DNA of 64,000 nt from Actinophytocola sp. (GTDB taxonomy: Bacteria; Actinomycetota; Actinomycetes; Mycobacteriales; Pseudonocardiaceae): the NCBI RefSeq assembly GCF_035762905.1, contig NZ_DASUCC010000096.1, forward strand, positions 3,822 through 67,821. Direction: 5' to 3'. Shown piece by piece: positions 55,813 to 64,000 of this stretch; the stretch's first letter is position 1, and each line of letters opens with the position of its first letter. A program made the translations under genes and the position numbers. The notes below the pieces were generated by a model. It did not search any database. It was given only the letters and a program-made list of their open reading frames with translations, and was not told where the DNA came from.

Positions 55813-57164
55813 CGGTCTCCCTTCGGGTCGGGTTCGGATCGCGGTGCGCGCACGACGACCGCGGAGTTGAAACCCCCGTGACCGCGGGCCAGCACCAGCG
55901 CGGCGCGCAGGTCGGCGGGGCGGGGCGCCGACACGATGTCCAGCTCGTACTCGGGGGCCGCCGCCACGTGCACCGTCGGTGGGATCAGGCCCTCCGCGAT
56001 GGCCAGCAGCGCGGCCGCCAGGTCGAGCGGCCCGGCGCCCGAGTACAGCCGGCCGGTCATCGTCTTGGGCGCGGTGACCGGCACGCCGCGGGCGCCGAAC
56101 ACCGCGCCGATCGCCTCGGCCTCCACACTGTCGGACTCGGGGATCGCCGCGGCATCCGCGAACACCACGTCGATCTCGTCCGGCCGAACACCGGCGTCGG
56201 CCAGCGCCAGCTCGATCGCCCGGTGCAACCCGGGTTCCCGGCCGCTGTCCGGTTTCGGGTCGAAGGTCGAGCCGTACCCGGCGAGCTCGCCGTAGCTGCG
56301 AGCGCACCGGCCGCGGGCGTCCTCGGCCGCCTCAAGGACGAGGATCGCTCCGCCCTCACCCGGCACATGTCCCCGCGCGTCGCGGTCGAACGGCAGATAC
56401 GCGCGGGTCGGGTCGTCGCTGGTGCTGAGCCGGCGGGAGGACAGCTGCGCCACCCAGCCCCATGGGCACAACGACGCGTCCACCGCGCCGCAGAGCATCA
56501 TTCGGGTGCCCTTGCGGATCTGCCGGCGGGCCTGCATCACCGCGTCGAGACCGCCGGCCTGATCGCCGACCAGCACGCCGCTCGGCCCCTTCATCCCGTT
56601 GCGGATGGAGATCTGGCCGGTGTTGACCGCGTAGAACCAGGCGAACGACTGGTAGGCGCTGACGTGGCCAGGACCGAGGGCCCACAGTTTGCGCAGCTCG
56701 CCCTGGCCGAACTCGAAACCCCCGGACGAGCTCGCGGTCACCACGCCCATGCCGAACCCGGGCAGATCCCTCGGGCGGATGCCGGCGTCGGCGAGCGCCC
56801 AGTCCGCGGCGACCAGCGCGAGCCGGGTCATCCGGTCGGTCTGCGGCAGCAACCGGCTCGGCAGGTGGTCGTCGGCCTCGAAGCCGCGGATCTCCCCCGC
56901 GAGCCGGGCCGGATACCGCGCCGGGTCGAACCGGGTGATGCGGCCGATCCCGCTGCGGCCGCCCCGGGTCGCCGACCAGAACTCCCGAACGCCGAGCCCG
57001 TTCGGCGCGGCCACACCGATTCCAGTCACCACCACGGTGTTCTTTCGGCTCGCTCCGCTCGCGGGAGCGGGCCGTGGTGCGGTGCCTTCCCTCGTGCGCT
57101 GCTCGGTCGCTCGTTCCTCGCGCCCTGCGCTGCTCCTCGGTCCAGACACCGCCGGCCCGCTCAT
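55809..57164 (-). CDS. Chain-length factor (KS-beta)
   Basis: KS fold with Gln in place of the active-site Cys ([12 protein letters not shown]). ATG 57164 overlaps the KS-alpha stop (ATGA). About 35 aa of extra Arg/Ser/Pro-rich N-terminus. Confidence 0.9.
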   Translation of the reverse strand: MSGPAVSGPRSSAGREERATEQRTREGTAPRPAPASGASRKNTVVVTGIGVAAPNGLGVREFWSATRGGRSGIGRITRFDPARYPARLAGEIRGFEADDHLPSRLLPQTDRMTRLALVAADWALADAGIRPRDLPGFGMGVVTASSSGGFEFGQGELRKLWALGPGHVSAYQSFAWFYAVNTGQISIRNGMKGPSGVLVGDQAGGLDAVMQARRQIRKGTRMMLCGAVDASLCPWGWVAQLSSRRLSTSDDPTRAYLPFDRDARGHVPGEGGAILVLEAAEDARGRCARSYGELAGYGSTFDPKPDSGREPGLHRAIELALADAGVRPDEIDVVFADAAAIPESDSVEAEAIGAVFGARGVPVTAPKTMTGRLYSGAGPLDLAAALLAIAEGLIPPTVHVAAAPEYELDIVSAPRPADLRAALVLARGHGGFNSAVVVRAPRSEPDPKGDR

Positions 57165-58432
57165 GGTTTGTTCCGGTGCGGGCGGGCGAGCACCATGGCG
57201 CTCTGAAACCCGCCGAACCCGCTGCCCACCGTGAGAACCGCGTCGACCCGGTGGTCCCGCGCGACGAGCGGCACGTAGTCCAGGTCGCATTCCGGGTCGG
57301 GGGTGTGCAGGTTCGCCGTCGGCGGAACCACGTTGTGCTCCATGGCAAGCGCGGACGCGGCGATCTCGATGGCACCGATCGCGCCGAGCGAGTGTCCGAT
57401 CATCGACTTGATCGAGCTCACCGGGACCTGGTAGGCCCGCCGGCCGAGGCTCCGCTTGAACGCGGCCGTCTCGTGCCGGTCGTTCTGCCTGGTGCCCGAG
57501 CCGTGCGCGTTGACGTAGTCGACGTCCGCCGGGTTCAGCCTGGCCTCGGCGAGCGCGGCCCGGATCGCCTCGGCCAGCTCCGCGCCGTCGGGCCGCAGAC
57601 CGGTCATGTGGTAGGCGTTGCCGCGGGTCGCGTACCCGGCCAACTCGGCGTAGACGTGGGCATCGCGCCGGCACGCGTGGTCCAGCTCCTCCAGGACGAG
57701 CACCGCCGCGCCCTCGCCGAGCACGAAGCCGTCGCGGGTGGCGTCGAACGGCCGGGATGCCCGCTCCGGGTGATCGTGCCGGGGTGTGGTCGCCTTGATG
57801 GCGTCGAAGCAGGCGGCGGTGATCGGCGAGATCGGGGCGTCGGTGGCGCCGGCCACGACCACGTCGGCCGAGCCCTCGCGGATCAGCTCCATGCCGTACC
57901 CGACCGAGTCGATGCCGGAGGTGCAGCCGGTGGACACCACGGTGCTCGGTCCCTCGGCGCCGACCGCCCAGGCCACCTCCGCGGCGAACGAGCTGGGCAC
58001 GAGGTAGTCGTACAGATGCGGGACCGCGTACCGGTGGTCGACGAGATCGAGCCGGCCGCCGTCGCTGACGACCCCGTACTCCCGGTCGAGCGCCATCGTC
58101 GCGCCCACCGCACTGCCGATGCTGACCGCGATGCGGTGCGGGTCGAACGAACCGGGATCGATGCCGCTGTCGGCGACCGCACCGCGCGCGGCCACGACGG
58201 CGAACTGGGCGGCGCGGTCCATCCGCCGCACCTCCTGCGGGCCGAGCCCGTGTTCCGCGGGATCGAAGTCGATCTCGGCCGCGACCTGCGACCGGAACGG
58301 CAGCGGATCGAAGAAGGTGATCCGCCGGGTCGCCGGCCGGCCCTCGCTCAGGCGGGTCCAGAACCGCTTCGCGCCCACGCCGCCGGGAGCGAGCACCTCG
58401 ATGCCGGTGACGGCGACTCGGCGGCCGGTCAT
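57161..58432 (-). CDS. Ketosynthase KS-alpha (type II PKS)
   Basis: Active site [13 protein letters not shown], His motifs NAHGSGT and [14 protein letters not shown] 58432 overlaps the cyclase stop (ATGA). Confidence 0.95.
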   Translation of the reverse strand: MTGRRVAVTGIEVLAPGGVGAKRFWTRLSEGRPATRRITFFDPLPFRSQVAAEIDFDPAEHGLGPQEVRRMDRAAQFAVVAARGAVADSGIDPGSFDPHRIAVSIGSAVGATMALDREYGVVSDGGRLDLVDHRYAVPHLYDYLVPSSFAAEVAWAVGAEGPSTVVSTGCTSGIDSVGYGMELIREGSADVVVAGATDAPISPITAACFDAIKATTPRHDHPERASRPFDATRDGFVLGEGAAVLVLEELDHACRRDAHVYAELAGYATRGNAYHMTGLRPDGAELAEAIRAALAEARLNPADVDYVNAHGSGTRQNDRHETAAFKRSLGRRAYQVPVSSIKSMIGHSLGAIGAIEIAASALAMEHNVVPPTANLHTPDPECDLDYVPLVARDHRVDAVLTVGSGFGGFQSAMVLARPHRNKP

Positions 58433-58758
58433 GCCGACGCCGCCCAGTGGTAGAACCGGGTGGCCATCGCATCGGCCGGCGACCGCCAGGTCGCCGGGTC
58501 GTACGCCTCGATGAACGGCTTCAGGTCGTTGCTGATGCGCACGAAGCGGGGATCGGTCTTGGCCCGTTCGATCCGTTCCACGCCATTGTCGGTGTCAAAT
58601 GTCTGCACGTGGAAGTACAAGCCCCGGTAAGTGAACAGCTGACGATTTCGGGTACCCATCAGTTGGGGCATCTCGGTGGCGTCGAAGTCGGCGAACAATC
58701 GGGCGACCGCCGAGCGGGAAGTGTCATCCATTCGAGCCACGATCAACGTGCTGTGCAT
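58429..58758 (-). CDS. TcmI-family polyketide cyclase (JadI/LanF/UrdF position)
   Basis: 109 aa. [10 protein letters not shown]...LFADFD...[22 protein letters not shown]... matches the TcmI/Polyketide_cyc pattern. First gene of the PKS operon. Confidence 0.85.
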   Translation of the reverse strand: MHSTLIVARMDDTSRSAVARLFADFDATEMPQLMGTRNRQLFTYRGLYFHVQTFDTDNGVERIERAKTDPRFVRISNDLKPFIEAYDPATWRSPADAMATRFYHWAASA

Positions 58759-58834
58759 GCCTACAAGCTTGCTGTAATCGCGCTGGAGAATACAAGAAGC
58801 GCGGTTTCAGGAGTACGTCAGATCTCGCGGCTGA

Positions 58835-58887
58835 ATTCTGTCGGAATGGTCAGGAACCGGTCAGGTGGACGTCAGCGAAAGGTCAGC
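58835..58887 (-). promoter_or_regulatory. Four 11-bp-phased direct heptamers plus -10-like hexamer upstream of the PKS operon
   Basis: Plus-strand GGTCAGG (58848), GGTCAGG (58859), CGTCAGC (58870) and GGTCAGC (58881) are spaced exactly 11 bp apart. On the minus strand the last repeat, CCTGACC, is followed after 7 nt by CAGAAT (58840-58835). This is about 77 nt upstream of ATG 58758. Confidence 0.55.
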
Positions 58888-59566
58888 CGTGCCCGAACCG
58901 GAAGCCAACGCCGCGGGCGGTGATGATCCAACTGCTGGCGCCCAGCTTGCCGCGGACGCTGCTGACATGGGTGTCCAGGGTCCGGCGGGACCAGGAGTCG
59001 CCCCACACCTGCCGGATGAGCCGTTCCCGCGGGATCACCATGTCCGGGTGCGCGGCGAGCAGGTGCAGCAGGTCGAACTCCTTGCGGGTCAACTCGACGA
59101 CCCGGTCGTCCACGGTCACCGTGCGGGAGGTCGGGTCGATCCGCAGCCGGCCGCGGACCAGCACCTTGGGCGCGCCGGATCGCGGCCCGGCCCGGCGCAT
59201 CACCGCGGCCATGCGGGCCAGCAGCGCCCGGAAACCGTATGGCTTGACGACGAAGTCGTCCGCGCCGGCCTGCAGCGCGAGGATGAGATCAAGCTCGCCG
59301 TCCCGGGCGGTGACGGCGATGATCGGGACCTCGCTGGCCGAGCGGATCGCCCGGCACACCTCGAGGCCGTCCAGATCAGGCAGTTCGAAGTCGAGCAGCA
59401 CCAGGTCGGAGTCGTCGTGCGCGCGCAGCGCCGCAATGCCCGTGTCGGCGGTGATGACCTCGTGGCCATGCCGGCGAATACCCGAGGCGAGCGATTCCGC
59501 CTCGGCCGAGGCGTTCGCCACGACCAGCACGCGCCAGCCGGTCGTCGACGATCTCGGCGCCGGCAT
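58883..59566 (-). CDS. OmpR/PhoB-type response regulator with atypical receiver (JadR1-like)
   Basis: The receiver reads VLVVANASAE where the usual acidic pair (DD/DE) would be, yet keeps LLDFELPDLDG, AVTA and KPY. The C-terminal wHTH is LTRKEFDLLHLLAAHPDMVIPRERLIRQVWG...RTLDTHVSSVRGKL. No cognate kinase is adjacent. Start at ATG 59566 is uncertain. Confidence 0.8.
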   Translation of the reverse strand: MPAPRSSTTGWRVLVVANASAEAESLASGIRRHGHEVITADTGIAALRAHDDSDLVLLDFELPDLDGLEVCRAIRSASEVPIIAVTARDGELDLILALQAGADDFVVKPYGFRALLARMAAVMRRAGPRSGAPKVLVRGRLRIDPTSRTVTVDDRVVELTRKEFDLLHLLAAHPDMVIPRERLIRQVWGDSWSRRTLDTHVSSVRGKLGASSWIITARGVGFRFGHG

Positions 59567-59680
59567 CGGTAAGGACGCCGTCTTTTCGGCTATGCACGGA
59601 TCCACCGCACGATTTTCCCGCACATGCATCGAATTCATCGCAAACCCCCTGCTCGCTCGAGTCGTTTCCGCAATGGTGGT

Positions 59681-59699
59681 TCCGCGAGCCGCTCGCGGA
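59681..59699. repeat. 19-bp perfect palindrome TCCGCGAGC-C-GCTCGCGGA
   Basis: Located in the lower-GC spacer between the LAL stop (59838) and the response-regulator start. Could be an operator or a small terminator hairpin. Confidence 0.35.
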
Positions 59700-59837
59700 C
59701 CCGTGTCCCTCATTCGGCGTAGCTGGTGGCCACGGTTCACATAAATGTGCTGTTGGGCGACTGTCGAAGTTTGCCCTCATCGCCGAGTGGTCAGCATCCG
59801 TGGAACCACCTAAGCATGACAGGCCGCCACCGATCGG

Positions 59838-62687
59838 TCACCCGTTGAGGCGCCGGGCCAGCGCGGTGCGGGACCGGACGTCGAGCTTCGGGAAGATGCG
59901 GGACAGGTGCGACTCGACGGTCCGGTGGCTGACGAACAGCCGCTCGGCGATCTCCTGGTTGCTGAGCCCGGCCGCGACCAGGTCGGCGACCTGCCGCTCG
60001 CGCGAGGTCAACACGTCGTCCGTGCGGTGCGGCGTCCGGCCCCGGCGGGACAGTTGGGCGGCGTGCCGGCGCCGGTCGCTGGTGATCGTCGACAGCAGCC
60101 AGTTCGCGGCACAGGAGGTGTAGCCGGAACTGGCCCGGCCGAACTCCTCGTGGCTGCGTTCGGCCAGACCGGCCCGGGCGAACGCGACCGCGGCCAGATG
60201 GTGTGCGCGGGCCTGCTCGATCGGCGCGGACACCACGGCGAACGTGGCCGCCGACCGCGTCGCCAGTGCCCCGGCCTCGTCGTGCCGGCCGGCCTGGGTC
60301 GCGACGTAACCCTGCGCGTGCACCGCCAGCCCGACCTCGTAGTCCAGGCCGGCGGACAGCGCGATGCGCTCCGCGTCCTGCGCCACCGCGCCGGCGGCCC
60401 CGACGCCACCGCGACCGGCAAGCGCGTGTGCCATCAGGACCAGGCGGATCACCGTGGCCGCCGGGTCGGCCGGCCACCGCACCCGTTCGCCGGTCAGCAG
60501 GTCGAGGCAGCGCTGCGGATCGCCCGCGGCGACATGGGCGACGGCGAGGTGCACCAGCCCGACCCGCCACCAGGTACGCGAACGCGGCCGGCCCGCGGCG
60601 TCGAGCCGGTTGGCGACGGCGATGGCCGCGGCCGGACCCGCGGTCCACAGCAACGGCAGGATCCGCACGGCGTCGGCCATCGCGCGGATCTCGGCGCTGC
60701 CGATCTGGTCCGCGGCGAGCCCGGCCTGCTCGAGCAGGTCGAGTGCGGCGGGCAGCTGTCCCAACCGGGTCTGCAACATCCCGTCCACGACGAGCAGGTA
60801 CGGCAGCGCGCTGCTCTGCCCCGCCTGGTCGACCACCTCGTAGGCCCGCTCAAGGTGCCGGCCGGCGGAGGTGAAATCGCCCAGCCGGGTCTGGATCCAG
60901 GCCAGCGGGCCCAGGAGTTCGACGTGCGGGCGCAGGGTCACGTCGCTGACCGCGGAGACCAGGTGCGCGGCCTGCCGGGCGCGGATCCGGGCGAGGTCCG
61001 CGTGTCCGTCGGAGAACTCGGCCCATGCCTGCAACGCCCGCGCGGCGGCGCACAGCGCGGGCCGGTGGCCGTCGAGCAGCTCAAGGGCCCGGCGGGTGTG
61101 CTTCCGGACGGCCGCCGCGTGCTCCCGCAACGAGCCGAGCGCGGCGAGCTGGATCCGCAGCTTCCCCTCCACCATCGGATCCCGGGCCTGGAGCAACTCC
61201 GCGTCCAGCAGGGCCGAGGCGGTATCCAGGTCGCCGCGCAGCCGGGCGATCACCAGACCGAACGCCGCCGCCTGCGCCCGCAGCGGATGACCGTCCCGCA
61301 GCAGTTCCTGCACCACCGTCCAACTGCGATCCAACTCGCCGGCGAGCCCGAGGGCGCGCGCGTAGTGCAGCACGGCGGCGGGCCGCGCCTCGAGCAGCCG
61401 ACTGGTCGGGGCCAGGATGCGCAGTGCGGTGCCGAGCCAGCGCACCGCCGTCCCCGGTGCCCGGTACACCACCGACTCCCCGGCGTCGAGCAGGAGCGCG
61501 GCCGCGGCCTCGTCGCCGTACCGGGCCGACCGTTCCACGTGGTGCGCGATCAGCGGCACCGGACTGTCGTGCGCACGCAGGTACTCCGCGGCGCGGGTGT
61601 GCGCGCCGGTCCGCCAGGCCGGACCGGCCGCGTCGTGCGCCGCGGCCCGGATCAACGGGTGGTGGAACCGGAACCAGGCGCCGTCCATGTCGCCGAGCCC
61701 CATGCCGCAGAGCTGATCCAGCGCGTCCGCGACGGCCGGCGCCGGCAGCTGCGCCACCTGCGCGACCAGGTCGACGGTCGCGTGATCGCCGATGACCGCG
61801 ACCGCGTGCGCCACCCGTTTGCACGAGTCGGGCAGCACCGCCAGGTCCGCCACCAGCGTGTGCAGGATCTGCCGGGTCGACTCGTCGGCCCAGACCGCGC
61901 CCCGGTCGCCGCCGTCGCGGACCAGCTCGATGAGCGCCGTGTCGCGCAGCCGGGTCAGCATCTGCAGGTAGAGCGGGTTGCCGTGGCTGGCCCGCAGCAG
62001 CAGTCCGCGCCGGCGCCGGGAGACGCCCGGAACGAGGAGCCGCAGATCCGCCTCGCGGAGCGGGTCGAGGTGGATCCGCCACGTGCCGGGCCCGGCCCGG
62101 GTGATCGCATCGACGATCCGGACCGGTGTTCGCGCGCTGCGGAACGCGAGTACCAGCAACACCGGCGCCGGCGGTGGATTGCGGATCAGGTACTCGGTCA
62201 GCTCCAGCGACGGGTGATCGGCCCAGTGCAGGTCGTCGAGTACCAGGGCCACGCCGGTGCCGGCGCTGTCCATGAGTCTTCGGCGCACCCGCACGTAGTC
62301 CCGCACCCGGTCCCCCGGCTGGGTGGCGGTTCCGGTCAGCACGTCGAACCCGATCGCCCGCAGCGCGTTGACGAACAGTGCGAGCGGCACCTCCTGCTCG
62401 AACTGGGTCGCATGCCCGCGTCCGACAAGGAACCCCGAGGCGCCGGCCAGGCTGCCGGCCTCGGTCAGCAGCCTGGTCTTCCCGATGCCGGCCTCGCCGG
62501 AGACCTCCACCACCCCGAACCGGCCCGCCGCCACCCAGTCCAGCGCGCTGGATATCGCCTCGACGCACCCCGCACGCCCAACCAACGGCGCTGCGCACGA
62601 TGCCAACACCCGGTCACCCCATCCGTTGCGAGCCAACACCAGCCGCGAACGGCGCACGTCCGACGATGCGGCCCACCCGTAAAACAT
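59838..62687 (-). CDS. LAL-type (large ATP-binding LuxR family) transcriptional regulator
   Basis: N-terminal AAA P-loop VSGEAGIGKTRL, a long helical/TPR-like middle, and the C-terminal LuxR HTH LTSRERQVADLVAAGLSNQEIAERLFVSHRTVESHLSRIF. Start uncertain: ATG 62687, a downstream GTG, or ATG 62792. Confidence 0.85.
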   Translation of the reverse strand: MFYGWAASSDVRRSRLVLARNGWGDRVLASCAAPLVGRAGCVEAISSALDWVAAGRFGVVEVSGEAGIGKTRLLTEAGSLAGASGFLVGRGHATQFEQEVPLALFVNALRAIGFDVLTGTATQPGDRVRDYVRVRRRLMDSAGTGVALVLDDLHWADHPSLELTEYLIRNPPPAPVLLVLAFRSARTPVRIVDAITRAGPGTWRIHLDPLREADLRLLVPGVSRRRRGLLLRASHGNPLYLQMLTRLRDTALIELVRDGGDRGAVWADESTRQILHTLVADLAVLPDSCKRVAHAVAVIGDHATVDLVAQVAQLPAPAVADALDQLCGMGLGDMDGAWFRFHHPLIRAAAHDAAGPAWRTGAHTRAAEYLRAHDSPVPLIAHHVERSARYGDEAAAALLLDAGESVVYRAPGTAVRWLGTALRILAPTSRLLEARPAAVLHYARALGLAGELDRSWTVVQELLRDGHPLRAQAAAFGLVIARLRGDLDTASALLDAELLQARDPMVEGKLRIQLAALGSLREHAAAVRKHTRRALELLDGHRPALCAAARALQAWAEFSDGHADLARIRARQAAHLVSAVSDVTLRPHVELLGPLAWIQTRLGDFTSAGRHLERAYEVVDQAGQSSALPYLLVVDGMLQTRLGQLPAALDLLEQAGLAADQIGSAEIRAMADAVRILPLLWTAGPAAAIAVANRLDAAGRPRSRTWWRVGLVHLAVAHVAAGDPQRCLDLLTGERVRWPADPAATVIRLVLMAHALAGRGGVGAAGAVAQDAERIALSAGLDYEVGLAVHAQGYVATQAGRHDEAGALATRSAATFAVVSAPIEQARAHHLAAVAFARAGLAERSHEEFGRASSGYTSCAANWLLSTITSDRRRHAAQLSRRGRTPHRTDDVLTSRERQVADLVAAGLSNQEIAERLFVSHRTVESHLSRIFPKLDVRSRTALARRLNG

Positions 62688-62894
62688 CGGTAATGCCCCG
62701 GCTTGACATTCGGTGCGGTCCGTGCCGCCGCCGCCGAAGCTTGATCGGCAACGCATGCCGTTACGGTGCGGTCGGCTGGAGGGTCGATCCATGGGGGGCC
62801 GCCGTTGTCGGTGCGGCGATGGGGGTGCTTGCCGGTCATCTGCTGGCCGATCGCGTGGCCGGAGCGGTTACCGGGTGGTGACGGCCGTGCTCGG

Positions 62895-64000
62895 GGTGCT
62901 CGGGGCACGCGGCGGGCGCTGGTCGATCGCAGTGCGGAGGTCAAGGCCGGGTTGCGGGATCAGTTGGACGGTGCCGGGCAGGTGCCCGCGTACGTGGGCC
63001 GCGACATCGACGGCCGGGTGGACGACGCCGTGCGGGCCGGTGGGTTCGTGTTGCTCAGCGGTGAATCCACCGCGCGGAAGACCCGCCTCGCCTACGAGTC
63101 GGTGCGGCGCGTGCTGCCCGACCGCCGCTTGGTCGCGCCCGTGCCGCGCGAGTCCGTGCGGGCCATGGTGGAGACCGTCACCGACCGGCGGCACTGTGTG
63201 GTGTGGCTGGACCAGGTTCGGATCGCGGCACGGGGCCGGGCTCGAGGGTGAGCCGGGTGGCGCACCGCGCGCGAGGTGTTGCGGTTGGCTACCGAGATCC
63301 CGCTGCCGCGCCGGTGGAGCGCGCCGGAACTGGACCGGGCGAGCCGATCGACGGACCGGCGGGTGCGTGCCGCGTTGCGCCTGACCGACGTGTTCGGGCT
63401 CGCCGATCCGGTGCCGGTCACGCTGCTCGCCGAGCACTACCTCGCCGCCCGCGCTGGCGCGGGTGGCGTTCGGCAAGGCCGCGGGCGCGGAGGTACCCGG
63501 CGCGACCGCCGCGCTGGCCGAGGTGATCGGTTCCGGCGAGGAGCCGGCGCGCGCGGTCGCACTCGTCACCGAGGCGCTGACCGGCATGGCCACCGATGAC
63601 CCGGGAACCTTGCCGTTGCGCGGAATGCTCGCCCGGTTCAGCCAGCGGACCGGCGAACCCGAGCTCGCCGAGCGGATGTTCGCCGAACGGGTCCGATCAT
63701 CGCCAGACGCTGAGAGCGCGGCACATGCACGCCAGCTGGACAGGTCGACAGGGCGATCGGGCCCGCGCGGTGGAACTGTTCGCGGCACAGCTCGCGGATC
63801 GGATCCGGGTCAAGGGCCCGGGCCACCCGGGCGTGCTCAGCACCCGCTTCCAGATCGCGGTGTGGACGAGCAACGCCGGCGACCCGGTGCGCGCGATCGA
63901 GCTGTTCACCCAGCTGCTCGCCGACAGCATCCGGGTGCTCGGCGAACACCATCCGCACACCGTTGCCACCGGCTATCGACTCGGGCTGAGCGCGCGAGCC
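62895..64000 (+). pseudogene. Decayed P-loop ATPase + TPR protein (in-frame stop and at least two frameshifts; 3' end outside window)
   Basis: Frame 3 reads ...GFVLLSGESTARKTRLAYESV...VVWLDQV and stops at TGA 63249-63251. The same frame resumes with LRLATEIP.... Frame 1 then carries ...ALAEVIGSGEEPARAVALVTEAL...GEPELAERMFAERV. Frame 2 carries TLRARHMHASWTGRQGDRARAVELFAAQLADRIRVKGPGHPGVLSTRFQIAVWTSNAGDPVRAIELFTQLLADSIRVLGEHHPHTV (TPR_12-type repeats) to the window end. Confidence 0.6.

Noticed and set aside
59570-59572. An in-frame TTA two codons upstream of ATG 59566 of the atypical response regulator, and an analogous TTA-CCG-ATG at 62685-62693 before the LAL ATG. Both share the 9-mer TTACCGATG.
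   Set aside because: The upstream extension of the response regulator is AT-ending and codon-poor (AAT, CAT, GAA, ATA), so it is probably untranslated. The shared 9-mer may be chance. These are not counted as bldA-dependent codons, although a longer LAL N-terminus (start 62792) cannot be excluded.
1-64000. Search for tRNA/rRNA genes, CRISPR arrays, integrases/transposases, and att-like or IS terminal repeats.
   Set aside because: None were recognised by eye: no T-loop GGTTCGAATCC-type motifs, no regularly spaced short repeats with unique spacers, and no DDE or tyrosine-recombinase motifs in any frame examined. A computational scan (tRNAscan-SE, Infernal, ISEScan, CRISPRCasFinder) would be needed to be certain.

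Overview
This is a very high-GC actinomycete chromosomal segment (GC judged by eye, not computed). I found no rRNA, tRNA, CRISPR array, transposase or integrase. All product names come from reading motifs in the translations; no database search was possible.

Left part (1-27.8 kb), a mosaic of accessory and regulatory genes:
- partial ECF sigma factor and a secreted S8 protease
- N-terminally short CHAT protein convergent with an Mrr-like nuclease
- three-gene operon: secreted Cys-rich protein, beta-helix protein, Zn DD-carboxypeptidase
- two AfsR/SARP-type regulators, one split by a frameshift
- possible Leg1-like protein, an I36-type inhibitor-like protein, an APH-fold kinase and HrpB helicase
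- an unannotated 19-codon ORF followed by a stem-loop, a HEAT/FGE-sulfatase-fold enzyme, a PNPOx-like protein and a LysE exporter
- a MerR/methyltransferase pair
- a decayed RHS/YD-repeat toxin with a SUKH immunity relic

Right part (about 27.8-62.7 kb), a glycosylated type II polyketide gene cluster:
- Core, all on the minus strand and largely translationally coupled: TcmI-like cyclase, KS-alpha, CLF, ACP, C-9 KR and a didomain ARO/CYC.
- Oxygenases: FAD oxygenase, two-domain ABM oxygenase, FAD oxygenase. This order matches the jadI-A-B-C-E-D-F-G-H synteny of ring-cleaved (atypical) angucyclines.
- Sugar genes: RmlA, RmlB, an NDP-sugar ketoreductase, a DegT-type aminotransferase and four GT1 glycosyltransferases, three of them recent paralogs.
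- Other: P450, a secreted beta-propeller-like protein, acyl-CoA carboxylase beta and epsilon subunits, an NTF2/SnoaL-like protein and a DrrAB-type exporter.
- Regulators: SARP, an atypical OmpR-type response regulator and a LAL regulator. A two-component system plus ABC module flanks the cluster.

The window ends in a decayed ATPase/TPR pseudogene.

The most unusual items are the small-ORF/FGE-fold operon, four 11-bp-phased GTCAG repeats in front of the PKS operon, and the glycosylation gene set of the cluster.
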